A stretch of DNA of 64,000 nucleotides from an uncultured delta proteobacterium (GTDB lineage: Bacteria; Desulfobacterota; Binatia; UBA9968), in NCBI GenBank assembly GCA_963745035.1, contig CAVUVW010000021.1, positions 160,001 through 224,000 of the forward strand, written 5' to 3'. Below, piece by piece: positions 1-10,433 of this stretch. The notes below the pieces were generated by a model. That model was not told the origin of the DNA and did not search any database. It saw nothing but the letters and a program-made list of their open reading frames with translations. Position 1 is the first letter of the stretch; every line of letters begins with the position of its first letter. The translations under genes and the position numbers were made by a program.

Positions 1-532
1 GCTTGTCGTCTTCGAAGGGGCGAAGGCTGACCGCCACGGCGCCGTTTTCCTTGGCATAGCGCATCTGCTGCACGGCCTCCGGGAGCGTCATCGCGGGGAC
101 GACGCAGGACCAGCGCAGCCGGTTATTGCCCTGCTTCCAAACCTCCGCCATCCAGCGGTTCCACGACTTGCACAGCGCGATCTCGGCGTCGGCCTTATCG
201 GCGACCCGTGCGATCCACATCGTGTTGAAAAGGATCTGCACGTCGATGCCGAGCTTGTCCATGTGCTTCAGGCGCAGCTCGACGTCGCGCAGCTCGCGCG
301 CCTCGGGCGCGGTCTTGAGCTCGCGGCCGGTTTCCTTCGAGAGCGCGATCAGTTCCTGCTCGGTCAAGGTCGGCGGGCGAAAGCCGACCGATTTTCCCTC
401 GACGAACCAGTATTGCATGTTGGGATTGTCGTTGGAGCTGAAAAGCTGCGGGCGGAACTTTTTCTCGGCTGCGTCCAGGAAGTCCCACGTGTGCTCGGAT
501 TCGACCACGTGGGCATCAGCGTCGACGATCAT
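1..532 (-). CDS. Amidohydrolase_2 family protein (runs off the window edge)
   Basis: Hand translation gives MIVDADAHVVESEHTWDFL...RLKHMDKLGIDVQILF; AGAGGAG RBS upstream of the ATG at 532. Confidence 0.85.
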   Translation of the reverse strand, partial: MIVDADAHVVESEHTWDFLDAAEKKFRPQLFSSNDNPNMQYWFVEGKSVGFRPPTLTEQELIALSKETGRELKTAPEARELRDVELRLKHMDKLGIDVQILFNTMWIARVADKADAEIALCKSWNRWMAEVWKQGNNRLRWSCVVPAMTLPEAVQQMRYAKENGAVAVSLRPFEDDK

Positions 533-640
533 GATGCACTCCTCTTTCCAGAATGATCACTCGGTGAAAGGCACGATTGATTGTACGCGAGCCAGTCGGC
601 GGATCAAGCGCATAGGCCTCGGCTGCGTGCCTGGACGCTC

Positions 641-1705
641 TTAACGCGGCGGCAGCGGGCCATGCTCGGCGATCTTTTTATAAAGGCCGACGACTTCGGG
701 GTCGCGCGGCAGTTGGCGGATCGACGCCTCGACTTCTTCTCCGGTCAGCGGCGTGGGCTCGCCGCCCATCAGTTTTTTAAATTCCTGAGGGAACCCCGGA
801 TCCTTGAACGTTTTGTTCATCGCTTCGCGGAGCGTCTTGACGATCTCCGGCGGGGTTGCCGGCGGCAAAACGTAGGGCCAGCGCGGGTACATGAATTCGC
901 GGAACAGGCTGATCAGTTGCCGTTCCTTGTCGTTTTTCGCCAGCGAGTCCGCGTCGGGCACGTTGGCGAAGCGCGGATGAAATTTGCCTTTGGGAATGGT
1001 CAGGGTCGCGTGAATGTTGAGCTCGCCCTTGGCAAGCGCCTCGCCGTTTCGGCGCACCACCGTATCGGCGCTGTTGGCGCGCGCGTCGATCTCGCCCCGA
1101 GCCAGCGCCGCGTCCATTTCCACACCGCCGAAGCCGACGATGATCTTGGGATCTTTGAGGCCCAAGAGATATGTGAAGATGCGCCCACTGACATAGACTG
1201 CGTGGCCGACGGTCTGCGCCGCGATCTTTACGCCGGAGGCGGCGCGCAGTTTTTCCAGGGTGTCGAAGCCCGCCCCTTTGCGGCTCAAGAATACGTACGG
1301 GTCGCCGTGCTCGGTGGAGCCGAGATAAATGAGCTTGTCGATATCGTATCGTGCCCCGGGCAGTCCGAGGATCGCACCCGAGGCGAGGCCCGATCCTACG
1401 GCTGTGATCGAGAGACCATCGGGTTTCGCCGTCGAGTAGATGTGATTCACCGCTTTCATGCCGGCGGCGCCGGGCATGTTCTCGATGATGATCGTCGGAT
1501 TGCCGGGAATGTATTTCCTCAAAAAGGGGATGAGCGCGCGCGCCTGCATATCTCCCGAGCCGCCGGGCTCGCCGCCGCGAACGATCGTGATCGTCTTGCC
1601 CTGATAATAGGGCGTCTGTGAAAACACCGCTTCCGGTGCGACCGCCGCGTGACTGAAGGCGAGCGCCAGTGTTGCTACCGCCATCGATTCAACTTTGAAT
1701 CGCAT
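641..1705 (-). CDS. Bug/TctC-family tripartite tricarboxylate transporter substrate-binding protein
   Basis: Signal peptide; YYQGKTITIVRGGEPGGSGD, PGNPTIIIENMPGAAG and KPDGL motifs. Confidence 0.9.
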   Translation of the reverse strand: MRFKVESMAVATLALAFSHAAVAPEAVFSQTPYYQGKTITIVRGGEPGGSGDMQARALIPFLRKYIPGNPTIIIENMPGAAGMKAVNHIYSTAKPDGLSITAVGSGLASGAILGLPGARYDIDKLIYLGSTEHGDPYVFLSRKGAGFDTLEKLRAASGVKIAAQTVGHAVYVSGRIFTYLLGLKDPKIIVGFGGVEMDAALARGEIDARANSADTVVRRNGEALAKGELNIHATLTIPKGKFHPRFANVPDADSLAKNDKERQLISLFREFMYPRWPYVLPPATPPEIVKTLREAMNKTFKDPGFPQEFKKLMGGEPTPLTGEEVEASIRQLPRDPEVVGLYKKIAEHGPLPPR

Positions 1706-1873
1706 AGATTCAACCTCCAGGTAGATTGTCGCGATGCACGATTCCGTTAAAAACCATCGGGCTGCTTGATTCCACCGGTCTATATATCAGTAATCATGGC
1801 GGAAGCTAAGCGACGAAGTCGTCGATTGGTGGTAGTGCGGCCGACAATATCGCTTGTGGCCGGCCATTTGCCA

Positions 1874-2933
1874 TCATAGCGGCGGAAGTGGGTCCGGTCC
1901 GGCAATCTTTTTATAGGTTTCCACGGTTTCCGGTTCGCGAGGAATTTCTCTGATCGCTCTTTCCTGTTCCTCCGGCATCAGCGGCGCCGCCGCGCCGCCG
2001 GTGAGCTTTTTCATATTGGCGTGGAACTCCGGATCGTTGAGACTTTTCGAAAAGCCGCTTTGAGGATATCCACCGCTTCCGGCGGACTGCCGGGCGGTAG
2101 AATATAGGGCACGCCGATGAGTCTGAAGTTCCGCGCCATGACGAGGATCTTTTTGCCTTGATCAGTTTTCGCAAAAGTATCCAGCGAAGGAATCTTACTG
2201 AAAGCCGGGTGCGGTACGCGATAGCCACGAGGGATCTCGAACAATGCCTGCCAATCGACCAGCCTCTTTTCCAACCATTCGCCGCGCCGCGTGATATCGT
2301 CCGGCACCGATGCGCGCGCATCGATCTCGCCTTGAAGCAAGGCGGCATCGAGGTCGGGTCCGGAGTATCCGGGAATGAATTTCGGCTGCTTCAGTTCCAT
2401 CAACCAAGCGAACAATCGCCCGAGAAAATATATGCTGTGGCCCACGGTCTGGCCGCCGACCTTGATGCCGGTTGCCGCGCGCAGTTTTTCGATAATTGTT
2501 CAAGCCGAGTTGGGCTCCTGGTGTAAAAAACGTAGTTGGTCTGGGAGCTGCCGGCGCCGAGATAGATGAATTTATCGACATCGTATTGTACGCCACTTTC
2601 GCCGAGGACGGCGCTCGACACAAAGCCTTCGCCGATATTGGCGATGGTCAAGCCGTCGGCGCGCGCGACACGGAACATGTGATTGGCCGCCTTGCGCCCG
2701 CCGCCGCCGTCCATGTACTCACTGATGATGGCGGGGTTGCCGGGAATATTTTTCTGCAGGATCGGCAGCAGCGCTCGCACCCGGATGTCTCCCTGTCCCC
2801 CGGGCGCCCGCCCCTGCACGATCGTGATCGTCTTGTCTTTGTAGAACGCGGACTGCGCGTTAGCCGATGCGCTGCACATGAGCGACAAGAGCGCGACTGC
2901 AATCGTTGTGGGAAACAGTTTCCAATGAGGCAT
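1874..2933 (-). CDS. Bug/TctC-family substrate-binding protein (about three frameshifts, probably assembly errors)
   Basis: Pieces FYKDKTITIVQGRAPGGQGD, GHSIYFLGRLF and YKKIAGPDPLPPL lie in different frames and are collinear with the 641-1705 paralog. Confidence 0.8.
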
Positions 2934-3040
2934 GTCAAATCTCCTTGGTGCAATTTGCTCCAAAAGTGAAACTTCTTTTCGGCCGCCACTCGCGAGATTC
3001 TTTGGCCAATAGGAAAATCGAAACAGACCTGCGGGTTCGA

Positions 3041-4048
3041 CTATTTGAGAATCTCCGATAATTTTGGAATCAATGCCTTGTCGAGGGCGAACAGCTCTTT
3101 GATGTTGCGCTCGAGGGTAACGCCGTCCAGCGGGTTCAAATCGAGTTTGGCCCTTTTGAGCTCGGCGCCGAATTCCTGATCTTTCATCGTATCCATGAAG
3201 GCTTTGCGCAGCATTTCAACGCGCGCCTTCGGAGTGCCGGGTGTGACAACATAAGGGCGCGCGGTCGCGCCGAAGTTGTTGATGACCCCTTGAACGAGCT
3301 TTTTCCCCATATCGGTTTTCGCATACTCGATCACCAGCGGTACGTTGGCCAACTCGGGATGGCGTTTGCCGGCCGCTTGCAGAAGAACTACGGCGTCGCC
3401 GTTTTGCAGCTCCTGCGGCCAAGTGGAGACCATCGACTCCCAGGCATTGGCGACGCCATCGACTTCGCCGCCGTTGAAGGCGAGGCGGATGACCGCACTG
3501 CCCTTATATCCGGACACCACTTGCAGCGGCAGGTTCAACGCTTCTTTGGCGATCTTGGGAATCGATTCGTTAGCCGAGCCGGGACCGGTGCTGCCGAACT
3601 TCACCGGCGTAGGATGCGCGAGCCATTGCTCGACCGTCCTGATGCCGGTGCGTTTATGAACGATCAGCAATTGCGTGTCCTGCGCCGGCGCGCCGATATA
3701 TTCGAATTTTCTGCCGTCGAACTCGATGCCCGGCTTGCCGATGAGCTGATCGACGAACATGGTGCCGATGGGCGTGCCGATGGTGAGGCCGTCCGGTTTG
3801 GCCGCTTTATAAACGTGATTGATGCCGATCAGCCCGCCGGCACCGGTCATGTTCTCGACGACGAAAACCGGATTGCCCGGAATGTATTTTCCCATGTGGC
3901 GACCCATCACGCGGGAGTAAATGTCGTAGCCTCCTCCAGCGGCGAAGGGCACGACAATGCGAATCGTTTTGCCCTTGAAGAATAAATCTTGGGCCCATGC
4001 CGCGTCGCTCAGGATCAGGATGAGCGCCAATGCCAACCGCCTAGCCAT
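3041..4048 (-). CDS. Bug/TctC-family substrate-binding protein
   Basis: FFKGKTIRIVVPFAAGGGYD, PGNP and VENMTGAGG motifs; signal peptide. Confidence 0.9.
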   Translation of the reverse strand: MARRLALALILILSDAAWAQDLFFKGKTIRIVVPFAAGGGYDIYSRVMGRHMGKYIPGNPVFVVENMTGAGGLIGINHVYKAAKPDGLTIGTPIGTMFVDQLIGKPGIEFDGRKFEYIGAPAQDTQLLIVHKRTGIRTVEQWLAHPTPVKFGSTGPGSANESIPKIAKEALNLPLQVVSGYKGSAVIRLAFNGGEVDGVANAWESMVSTWPQELQNGDAVVLLQAAGKRHPELANVPLVIEYAKTDMGKKLVQGVINNFGATARPYVVTPGTPKARVEMLRKAFMDTMKDQEFGAELKRAKLDLNPLDGVTLERNIKELFALDKALIPKLSEILK

Positions 4049-4168
4049 AATGGGATTCCTTTCGGGTGGCGAGATTACCCGAATCGCCGCCCATACGGCA
4101 ACCGTGACTTTTCCTGCGCACAAGGATTATGCTAGGCTTTGCGTCACCTGGACGAGTTAGGAGACGCT

Positions 4169-5635
4169 ATGTTCGACAGTTCACAAATCCAACCTCATAT
4201 CGCCTTCACCGATTTGCGCGAATGGATCGCCGAGGCGGAAAAGCTCGGCGAGGTCAAAACCGTTCTCGGCGCCTCGTGGCAGGAGGAGATCGGCTTGGCG
4301 AGCGACGTCGTGGTGCCGCCCGACGACGGACCGGCGGTGATCTTCGATGAAGTGCCGGGTTGTCCCAAAGGATTTCGCCTGCTGATCAATTGCTTCGCCG
4401 GCAAGCGGCGCGCGATGACGCTCGGTTTCCCGCAAGGCCTCACCAAGCAAGAGCTGAGCGATGCCTATTTCGCGCACTACCAGAAGGAACCCAAGCATAT
4501 TCCGCCGGTGATCGTCGATAGCGGGCCGGTTTTCGAGAACGTTCTCAACGGCGACGCCGTCGATATCATGAAATTTCCCACGCCGGTGTGGCACGTGAAC
4601 GACGGCGGGCGCTACATCGGCACCGGCTGCTATTCCGTGACCATGGATCCCGACGAAAAATGGATCAACGCCGGCTGCTACCGCGCCATGGTCCAGGATC
4701 AGAAAAGCGTGAGCCTGCTGATGGTGCCGGGCAAACACGGCTACATGCACCGGGAGAAGTACTTCAAGCGCGGCGAGAAAATGCCGCTGGCATTGGTCGT
4801 CGGCGGCGACCCGCTGTTTTTCTTCATGGCCGGCACCGAGCAGCCCTACGGCCTGTGCGAATACGACATCGTCGGCGGCATGCGCGGAAAACCGGTCGAG
4901 TGCGTGCGCGGCAAGATCACCGGCTTGCCTTTTCCCGCCAACGCCGAGATCGTCTTCGAAGGCTTCCTGAACAACGACAATCGAAAATTCGAAGGGCCAT
5001 TCGGCGAATGGACCGGCTACTACGCCTCGGACGAAAGCGCGCAGCCGGTACTGGAAATCGAAGCGGTCTATCATCGCAACGACCCGATCATTCTCGGCGT
5101 CCCGCCGATTGGCGGCGGCTCCGATGAAATGGCGCGTTATCGCGCGATCATGCGCTCCGCCATGCTCAAGCAGCAGCTTCAGAGCGCGGGTGTGCCGGAC
5201 GTGACCCAGGTGTGGTCGCACGAGATCGGCGCCTCGCGCATGCTGATCGCGCTCGCGATCAAGCAGCGCTATGCCGGCCACGCCAAACAGGTCGGCGTGC
5301 TCGCGGCGAGCTGCGGCGCGAGCGTCTATGGCTGCAAGATGGTGATCGTGGTCGACGACGACATCGACGCGTCGAATCTCGATCAGCTCATGTGGGCGAT
5401 GCTGTCGCGCTACGATCCGGCGACTTCAGTGGACATCCTGCGCCGCATGCGCAGTACGCCGGCCGACCCGCGCCTCACGCCCGAGCAGCGCAAGGTGCGC
5501 GACTTCACCAATTCGCGCATGGTCATCGACGCCACCCGGCCGTACGAATGGCGCGATAAGTTTCCCAAGGTCAACGCGCCGAGCCAGGAGGTCGCGCGCA
5601 AGGCGCGCGAGCAATTCGGCTACCTGCTGAAATAG
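4169..5635 (+). CDS. UbiD-family (prFMN-dependent) decarboxylase
   Basis: DLREWI, DGGRYIGT, EGPFGEWTGYY, VVDDDID and IDATRP motifs; AGGAG RBS. Confidence 0.92.
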   Translation: MFDSSQIQPHIAFTDLREWIAEAEKLGEVKTVLGASWQEEIGLASDVVVPPDDGPAVIFDEVPGCPKGFRLLINCFAGKRRAMTLGFPQGLTKQELSDAYFAHYQKEPKHIPPVIVDSGPVFENVLNGDAVDIMKFPTPVWHVNDGGRYIGTGCYSVTMDPDEKWINAGCYRAMVQDQKSVSLLMVPGKHGYMHREKYFKRGEKMPLALVVGGDPLFFFMAGTEQPYGLCEYDIVGGMRGKPVECVRGKITGLPFPANAEIVFEGFLNNDNRKFEGPFGEWTGYYASDESAQPVLEIEAVYHRNDPIILGVPPIGGGSDEMARYRAIMRSAMLKQQLQSAGVPDVTQVWSHEIGASRMLIALAIKQRYAGHAKQVGVLAASCGASVYGCKMVIVVDDDIDASNLDQLMWAMLSRYDPATSVDILRRMRSTPADPRLTPEQRKVRDFTNSRMVIDATRPYEWRDKFPKVNAPSQEVARKAREQFGYLLK

Positions 5636-5670
5636 CGGTTAAGTTTCGGTTTGAAGATCAAAGAGCTTGG

Positions 5671-5690
5671 ATTCCCACGTGCGCGGGAAT
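5671..5690. repeat. REP-like palindrome ATTCCC-N8-GGGAAT
   Basis: GGATTCCCACGTGCGCGGGAATGA between convergent genes. Confidence 0.55.
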
Positions 5691-5751
5691 GATGGCTAAG
5701 AGTTGACTGCCAGTTTTTCGCAACCGGTTGGAAAGTGGATGCGTCGCTTTC

Positions 5752-6934
5752 TCAATCCAAGCGAAAGAAGTCCAGAGCGTTGCCGCAGACCATCTTGTGT
5801 TTTTCGTCGCCCGGCACTCCGGCGAAATTTTTCTCGATAATTTTCAGTGACTCGGGCCAGTCGGATTCCTGATGGGGGAAGTCGGACCCCCACATGAGGC
5901 GATCGACGTTGATCTTGTGGCGCAGCTCGACGCCGACGCGGTCGTATTGAAAGCCCCAGAGAAAATGCTCGCGAATATATTCGCTAGGCGGGCGCTTCAG
6001 CGGTTTGAGACCGAGCAGGCGCTCGGCCCAGCGGTGATGGCGGTCGTAGCGCACGTCGGCAGCCTGCAGAAAGAAGGGAATCCAGCCGATCTGATTTTCG
6101 GCGAAAAAGATCTTCAGATCGGGAAAGCGATCGAAGAGGGCGGATAGCACCCACTGCGCCGCGGCGACCGCGCCGTTCCCGCGCACCGGCCCGAAGCGGC
6201 TCACCTGATCGACGAGGTCATGGGTAAGCTTCTTCATGACGTCGTCGGGTTCTTGCGGATACTTGAAAAGCGGTCCCTTGCGCTCGCCGGTCCGGTCGAG
6301 GTCGACGTGGACGCTGATGGGCATTCCTATTTCCTGGCGCGCGCGACCAGAAATGATCGTCCTCATCCGATGGATGAGCTTTACTCGACGGAAAGCCTTG
6401 AAGTAGTACAGTTTTGAACCCTGCCGTGGCGCAATACTCAAGCTCTTCTAGAACATCATCGAGGGCGCATCCCAGCGGCAAGATGCCCACGCCGATCAAA
6501 CGCTCGGGAGCTGTGGCGCAGTATTCCTCTGCCAGCCAGCTGTTATAGGCGCGCACCACGGCCTTGTATGCCGCATTGTCGTCGATGCGCCGCCACAATT
6601 TCGGTCCGCCTTGCTGCGACGGAAAAAGCACCTCGGCGTCGATGCCGTCCTGGTCCTGTTCCGATACCCGCTGTTGCGCGCTGCCGGTGCCGGGAGTGCC
6701 TTCATATCTGCCGCTGAACGGGACGTATTGATCGCGGCCTTTGCCGCCGTAGAGATCGGCCGCGGCGGCGGGACGAACAATTTTGCCGGCGATCGCCCAA
6801 GCGTCGCCGCCGTCGGCTTGGCGCACGAGACGAGGCGCCAGCGCGCGATATTTTTCCGGCACGCGCTCGAGCCAGTGCTTGGAGTCAATTTCCAGGTGCG
6901 AGTCGGCGGAGATGTACCGATAAGGGCGTAGCAC
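5752..6934 (-). CDS. Amidohydrolase_2 family protein (one frameshift near 6335)
   Basis: ISADSH and QDQDGIDAEVLFP in one frame; FDRFPDLK and LMWGSDFPH in another. Confidence 0.85.
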
Positions 6935-6983
6935 TGAACAATCGCCTCCTATGACCAGGGTCACTGGGTCACGGTCCTCGCAA

Positions 6984-7017
6984 CACTCCAGTACTCAATG
7001 CTCCATCACTCCAATTC
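6984..7017. repeat. Degenerate roughly 8-nt tandem repeat (ACTCCA core)
   Basis: cactccag tactcaat gctccat cactccaa; CTCCA/CTCAA cores at 6986, 6994, 7001 and 7009. Confidence 0.5.
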
Positions 7018-8013
7018 TCAACGATACAGCGCATCGATATATCCCGCGCGGTCCAGCTCCTCGAGCAAACTGGTATCGATGAAATCTTTTGGATTGGCGT
7101 TCCGAGCCGCAGGTAAGCGGTCGCTTGCGTCTTGAATGATGGTCTTGAAGCCGTCGATGGATGGATACGGCTTGGGCTTGGCCATCTCGCGCAGCGTCTG
7201 GTAAGCGTCCTCGGTCTGCTTTTCGTCTTTGCTCTGGCGATATCTTGACAGCGCTCGCTTCGACAGCGCCGGATTGGTCCGCACGACGTGAATGGCTTCG
7301 ACGAAGGACTTCAATGTCCGTCTTGCGAGATCGCGGTTGCGCGCAATCAAGCGCTGGGTCGTGACCAGACCGGTGCCCTGATAGGGCACGTTCAAGTCGC
7401 GCAGGTTGAGCAGGATCTTCATGCCCCTGCGGGTTGCTTCGAAGTGGTCCGGCGGCGACAGCAGAGTCGCGTCGATGGAGCCGCCGTGCAGCGCGATCAA
7501 TCGTTCGGGCGTGTCGCCGACCTGTAGGAAAGTCACGTCCCGCTCGCCCATGCCATATCTCGGCAGCACGTTCAGCAGGCGCATGTGGGACGCCGACCCG
7601 AATCGAAAGACGCCGACCCGTTTGCCTTTGAGCTCTTCGACGGAATTGATATTGGGGCGGACGATCAAACGGTCGTTAAGAACATCCTGAACGCCGGCCA
7701 CCATCACGGGATCGGCGCCCTGCAGCCTGGCGGAAAACATCAACGCGCCCGTCATCTGTCCGAACTGGACCTCTCCCGCAACTAACGTTTCGATGGCGGC
7801 ACGCGTGTAAATGATTTCCGCGTTGATGCCGTTCTTGGTGAAAATCCCGCCCACGTCGGCGACCCACAACACGCCCTGAGTTGGAGAAACTGCGGAAAAG
7901 GCCACGCGGACCTTGTCGGCGGCGAGGCCATGCGTCTGGAAGAGAACAAGGAAGCCTATGGTGATGGCAATGAGCGAAGGCTTTTTTTGATCATGAGCTC
8001 TTACGAATTTCAT
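7018..8013 (-). CDS. ABC transporter substrate-binding protein, NMT1/THI5/SsuA-like
   Basis: Signal peptide; ELKGKRVGVFRFGS motif; C-terminal DFIDTSLLEELDRAGYI. Confidence 0.88.
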   Translation of the reverse strand: MKFVRAHDQKKPSLIAITIGFLVLFQTHGLAADKVRVAFSAVSPTQGVLWVADVGGIFTKNGINAEIIYTRAAIETLVAGEVQFGQMTGALMFSARLQGADPVMVAGVQDVLNDRLIVRPNINSVEELKGKRVGVFRFGSASHMRLLNVLPRYGMGERDVTFLQVGDTPERLIALHGGSIDATLLSPPDHFEATRRGMKILLNLRDLNVPYQGTGLVTTQRLIARNRDLARRTLKSFVEAIHVVRTNPALSKRALSRYRQSKDEKQTEDAYQTLREMAKPKPYPSIDGFKTIIQDASDRLPAARNANPKDFIDTSLLEELDRAGYIDALYR

Positions 8014-8045
8014 TCGCGTTGCCTACTTGTCAGGTTCTGCGTTGA

Positions 8046-9098
8046 TTATCGGATCTCTGCGCCCCACAGTTCCTTGAGAAAGCCGCTTTTCGATAATTGC
8101 TCGACGTAGCTGTTGTCGTAAAGCTCGGCAGGCGTCTTGCGCACGTTGGTGCCGTTCTCACGCGCGACTTCGATGGCATCGCCCAGCGCACCGGCGGGAA
8201 CGATCATCGAGCGATTGATGAGCGAAACGGCGTAGGCGTCGTACGCCGATTGAAGAATTTCCGAGTCGTTGATCTTGAGTACTTTGGCGAGCGAGGCTTT
8301 CGCCTTGTCGGGATTCTTTTCGGCGAAATGGAGGGACTCGGCGATGGCGGCGACGAAGCGCTGCACCAGTTGGGGTTTCTCTTTCATGGTTTTTGCATTG
8401 GTATGAACGGAGCTGTAAATGAATGGCAGGTTGAGCTCCTTGAGATTGTAAATGAGATTGAGCCCATCCTTCTTGCCGCGCGCATCCAGCGGCGGCGTCA
8501 CCGGTGCCGCTTGGATGATTCCTGCGATCATCGCGTTGTAGCGTTCAGGCTGGCTGCCGCCCATGGGCCTGATCGTGACATCGGCGCTTAGGTTGAATTT
8601 CTTGAGCATGGTTTTCATCAGCCGGTCATCCAGATCGCCGGCCCGGGACACGCCGATGTTCTTTCCTTTGAGATCCTCCATACGTTTCACGTCTTTTTGC
8701 GCGAGCAGAACGTAGGGGAGGCCGATGAGCGGCGAAGCGACGAGCTTGCCGTCGATGCCGGTCGCCAATCCAGGAATCGTGCCGTCGGCGGCGCAGTAAA
8801 GAAAGGAGATTTCATCGCCCGCCAGAGCCGTCAGGTTCATGGCGCTGCCGCTGATAAATTTATGGTCGACTTTAATGGCGTACTTATCGAAGATGCCGTT
8901 GTCCATGGCGGTGTAGAGGTGCACGAAACCTCCGGACACGGCACATGTGGCGACCCGGACGCTGGTGGGTGGTTCTCCGGCTTTGGGTAAGAATGGATTG
9001 GCGCGGCCGATTGCAGGCGCTAACAACGAGCACAACGCGAGGAATAACACTAAACGCACGACGAGCGAATCCACGAATGCTGTGGGCGGTGTTTTCAT
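8046..9098 (-). CDS. ABC transporter substrate-binding protein, NMT1/THI5/SsuA-like
   Basis: DLKGKNIGVSRAG motif; YDNSYVEQLSKSGFL C-terminus; GGAGG RBS. Confidence 0.85.
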   Translation of the reverse strand: MKTPPTAFVDSLVVRLVLFLALCSLLAPAIGRANPFLPKAGEPPTSVRVATCAVSGGFVHLYTAMDNGIFDKYAIKVDHKFISGSAMNLTALAGDEISFLYCAADGTIPGLATGIDGKLVASPLIGLPYVLLAQKDVKRMEDLKGKNIGVSRAGDLDDRLMKTMLKKFNLSADVTIRPMGGSQPERYNAMIAGIIQAAPVTPPLDARGKKDGLNLIYNLKELNLPFIYSSVHTNAKTMKEKPQLVQRFVAAIAESLHFAEKNPDKAKASLAKVLKINDSEILQSAYDAYAVSLINRSMIVPAGALGDAIEVARENGTNVRKTPAELYDNSYVEQLSKSGFLKELWGAEIR

Positions 9099-9180
9099 CG
9101 CGGCACCTCCGTCAAGCGAAGCCCTTATAGTCGAACAAAGGCTGTGGCCAAGGTAGCTCTTGGCATGCCAGCCGGCGATT

Positions 9181-10353
9181 TTATTCTTCGCGCTGCGCAG
9201 CGGCAAAAGAAAACGCGCTGTAACCTTCGTCAATGAGCTTGATGACTTCGTCGCGCCGCGGGTCGCGATTGATCCCGATGGGGTCGGCGCCGCTTTGCAC
9301 GGCGGCGATCTGTTCGCTCAGCAATTTTCTGAACATGATGATGCCGCGGTCGCCTTCGCCGAGATGTTCCCGGTCGCGGTTGGCCAGCGCACCCTGGGTC
9401 TCCCACGCCATATGGTCTTGGCTGGCGAAGTTGTCCAAGTGAAACTCACCCTCGGCGTTCTTGGTTCCTACGAACTCGATGGGCGGATCGCCGGGCTGCT
9501 CCGGAATACGTCCGTCCTTGGCGGGGCTGAAGCGGAATTGAAAGACCTGCGTGTTCAAATCGTCGATGGGCATGCGAAAGTGCATGGCGTAACCGGCGCG
9601 CACGGGGACGAAAAGGATGTTGGGGAAAATCAGAGGGTGGGGCGCCTCCGCTATTTCTTCTTCTCCGGCGAAGGTCCGGCGCTTTTGAATGCCCGCCCAG
9701 GTCGGTTCAATCACCAGCTCAAAATCGATTTTGCTGAGATGCTGATAATGAAACGGCACATAATCTTTGCTGCCTTTGAGCTTCAGGGTATGCGAGTGAA
9801 GGTAGTAGGTGTGGGTGGGGTCGACGGAGTTTTCCATCGCCTGTAGCCAGTTGCAGCACAGCACTTCGCAGATATCGATCTTTTTGATGCCGTCTTTTCT
9901 GACGAGCAAGTCCCACTTCGGCAGGATCGGCTTGCGGTCCGGCGGTCCCATGTACGCGAACAAAAGTCCGGCAAGTTTTTCCACCGGATAGGCGGGATGT
10001 TGTATCTTATCCTTGAAGCCTGCGGCGGGATTCTCGAAGGGCTGTTCGAGGCACCTGCCGCAGGCGTCATATTTCCAGCCGTGGTAGGGGCAGCGGATGC
10101 CGTCGTCTTCGACAAAGCCGTAGTAAAGCGATGCGCCGCGGTGCGAACAGTGTTCGCCGACCAGCCCGTAGCCGCCGCTGCGGTCGCGGTAAACCAGCAG
10201 ATCTTCGCCCAGTACCCGAACGCGCTTCTTCGGCTTGGTATCCGTTAGCTCGACGGCCGCCGCGATGGGTTGCCAGTAGCGCCTGAGAAGTTCGCCCGCC
10301 GGTGTACCCGGACCGACGGCGGTGAGCAACTGATTTTCTTCTTTACTGAGCAT
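9181..10353 (-). CDS. Rieske aromatic oxygenase alpha subunit (phthalate 4,5-dioxygenase/LigX-like)
   Basis: CSHRG and CPYH Rieske ligands; ENSVDPTHTYYLH mononuclear iron motif; GPGTPAGELLRRYWQP N-terminus. Confidence 0.9.
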   Translation of the reverse strand: MLSKEENQLLTAVGPGTPAGELLRRYWQPIAAAVELTDTKPKKRVRVLGEDLLVYRDRSGGYGLVGEHCSHRGASLYYGFVEDDGIRCPYHGWKYDACGRCLEQPFENPAAGFKDKIQHPAYPVEKLAGLLFAYMGPPDRKPILPKWDLLVRKDGIKKIDICEVLCCNWLQAMENSVDPTHTYYLHSHTLKLKGSKDYVPFHYQHLSKIDFELVIEPTWAGIQKRRTFAGEEEIAEAPHPLIFPNILFVPVRAGYAMHFRMPIDDLNTQVFQFRFSPAKDGRIPEQPGDPPIEFVGTKNAEGEFHLDNFASQDHMAWETQGALANRDREHLGEGDRGIIMFRKLLSEQIAAVQSGADPIGINRDPRRDEVIKLIDEGYSAFSFAAAQREE

Positions 10354-10433
10354 GGCGCTCGACCCTCGCGGGAAGATGATTATTAGCGACGATATTCGAA
10401 GCGGCGGCGCACTGTCAAATTGTCGTCGGTGAG

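Noticed and set aside
569-584. GGCACGATTGATTG as a sigma-54 promoter
   Set aside because: It lacks the -12 GC at the required spacing and points away from the adjacent gene.
581-1621. Long antisense ORFs (also 4181-5281, 12806-13996, 20369-21562, 27982-29148, 45779-46771)
   Set aside because: Shadow frames of well-supported genes in GC-rich DNA, with no recognisable motifs.
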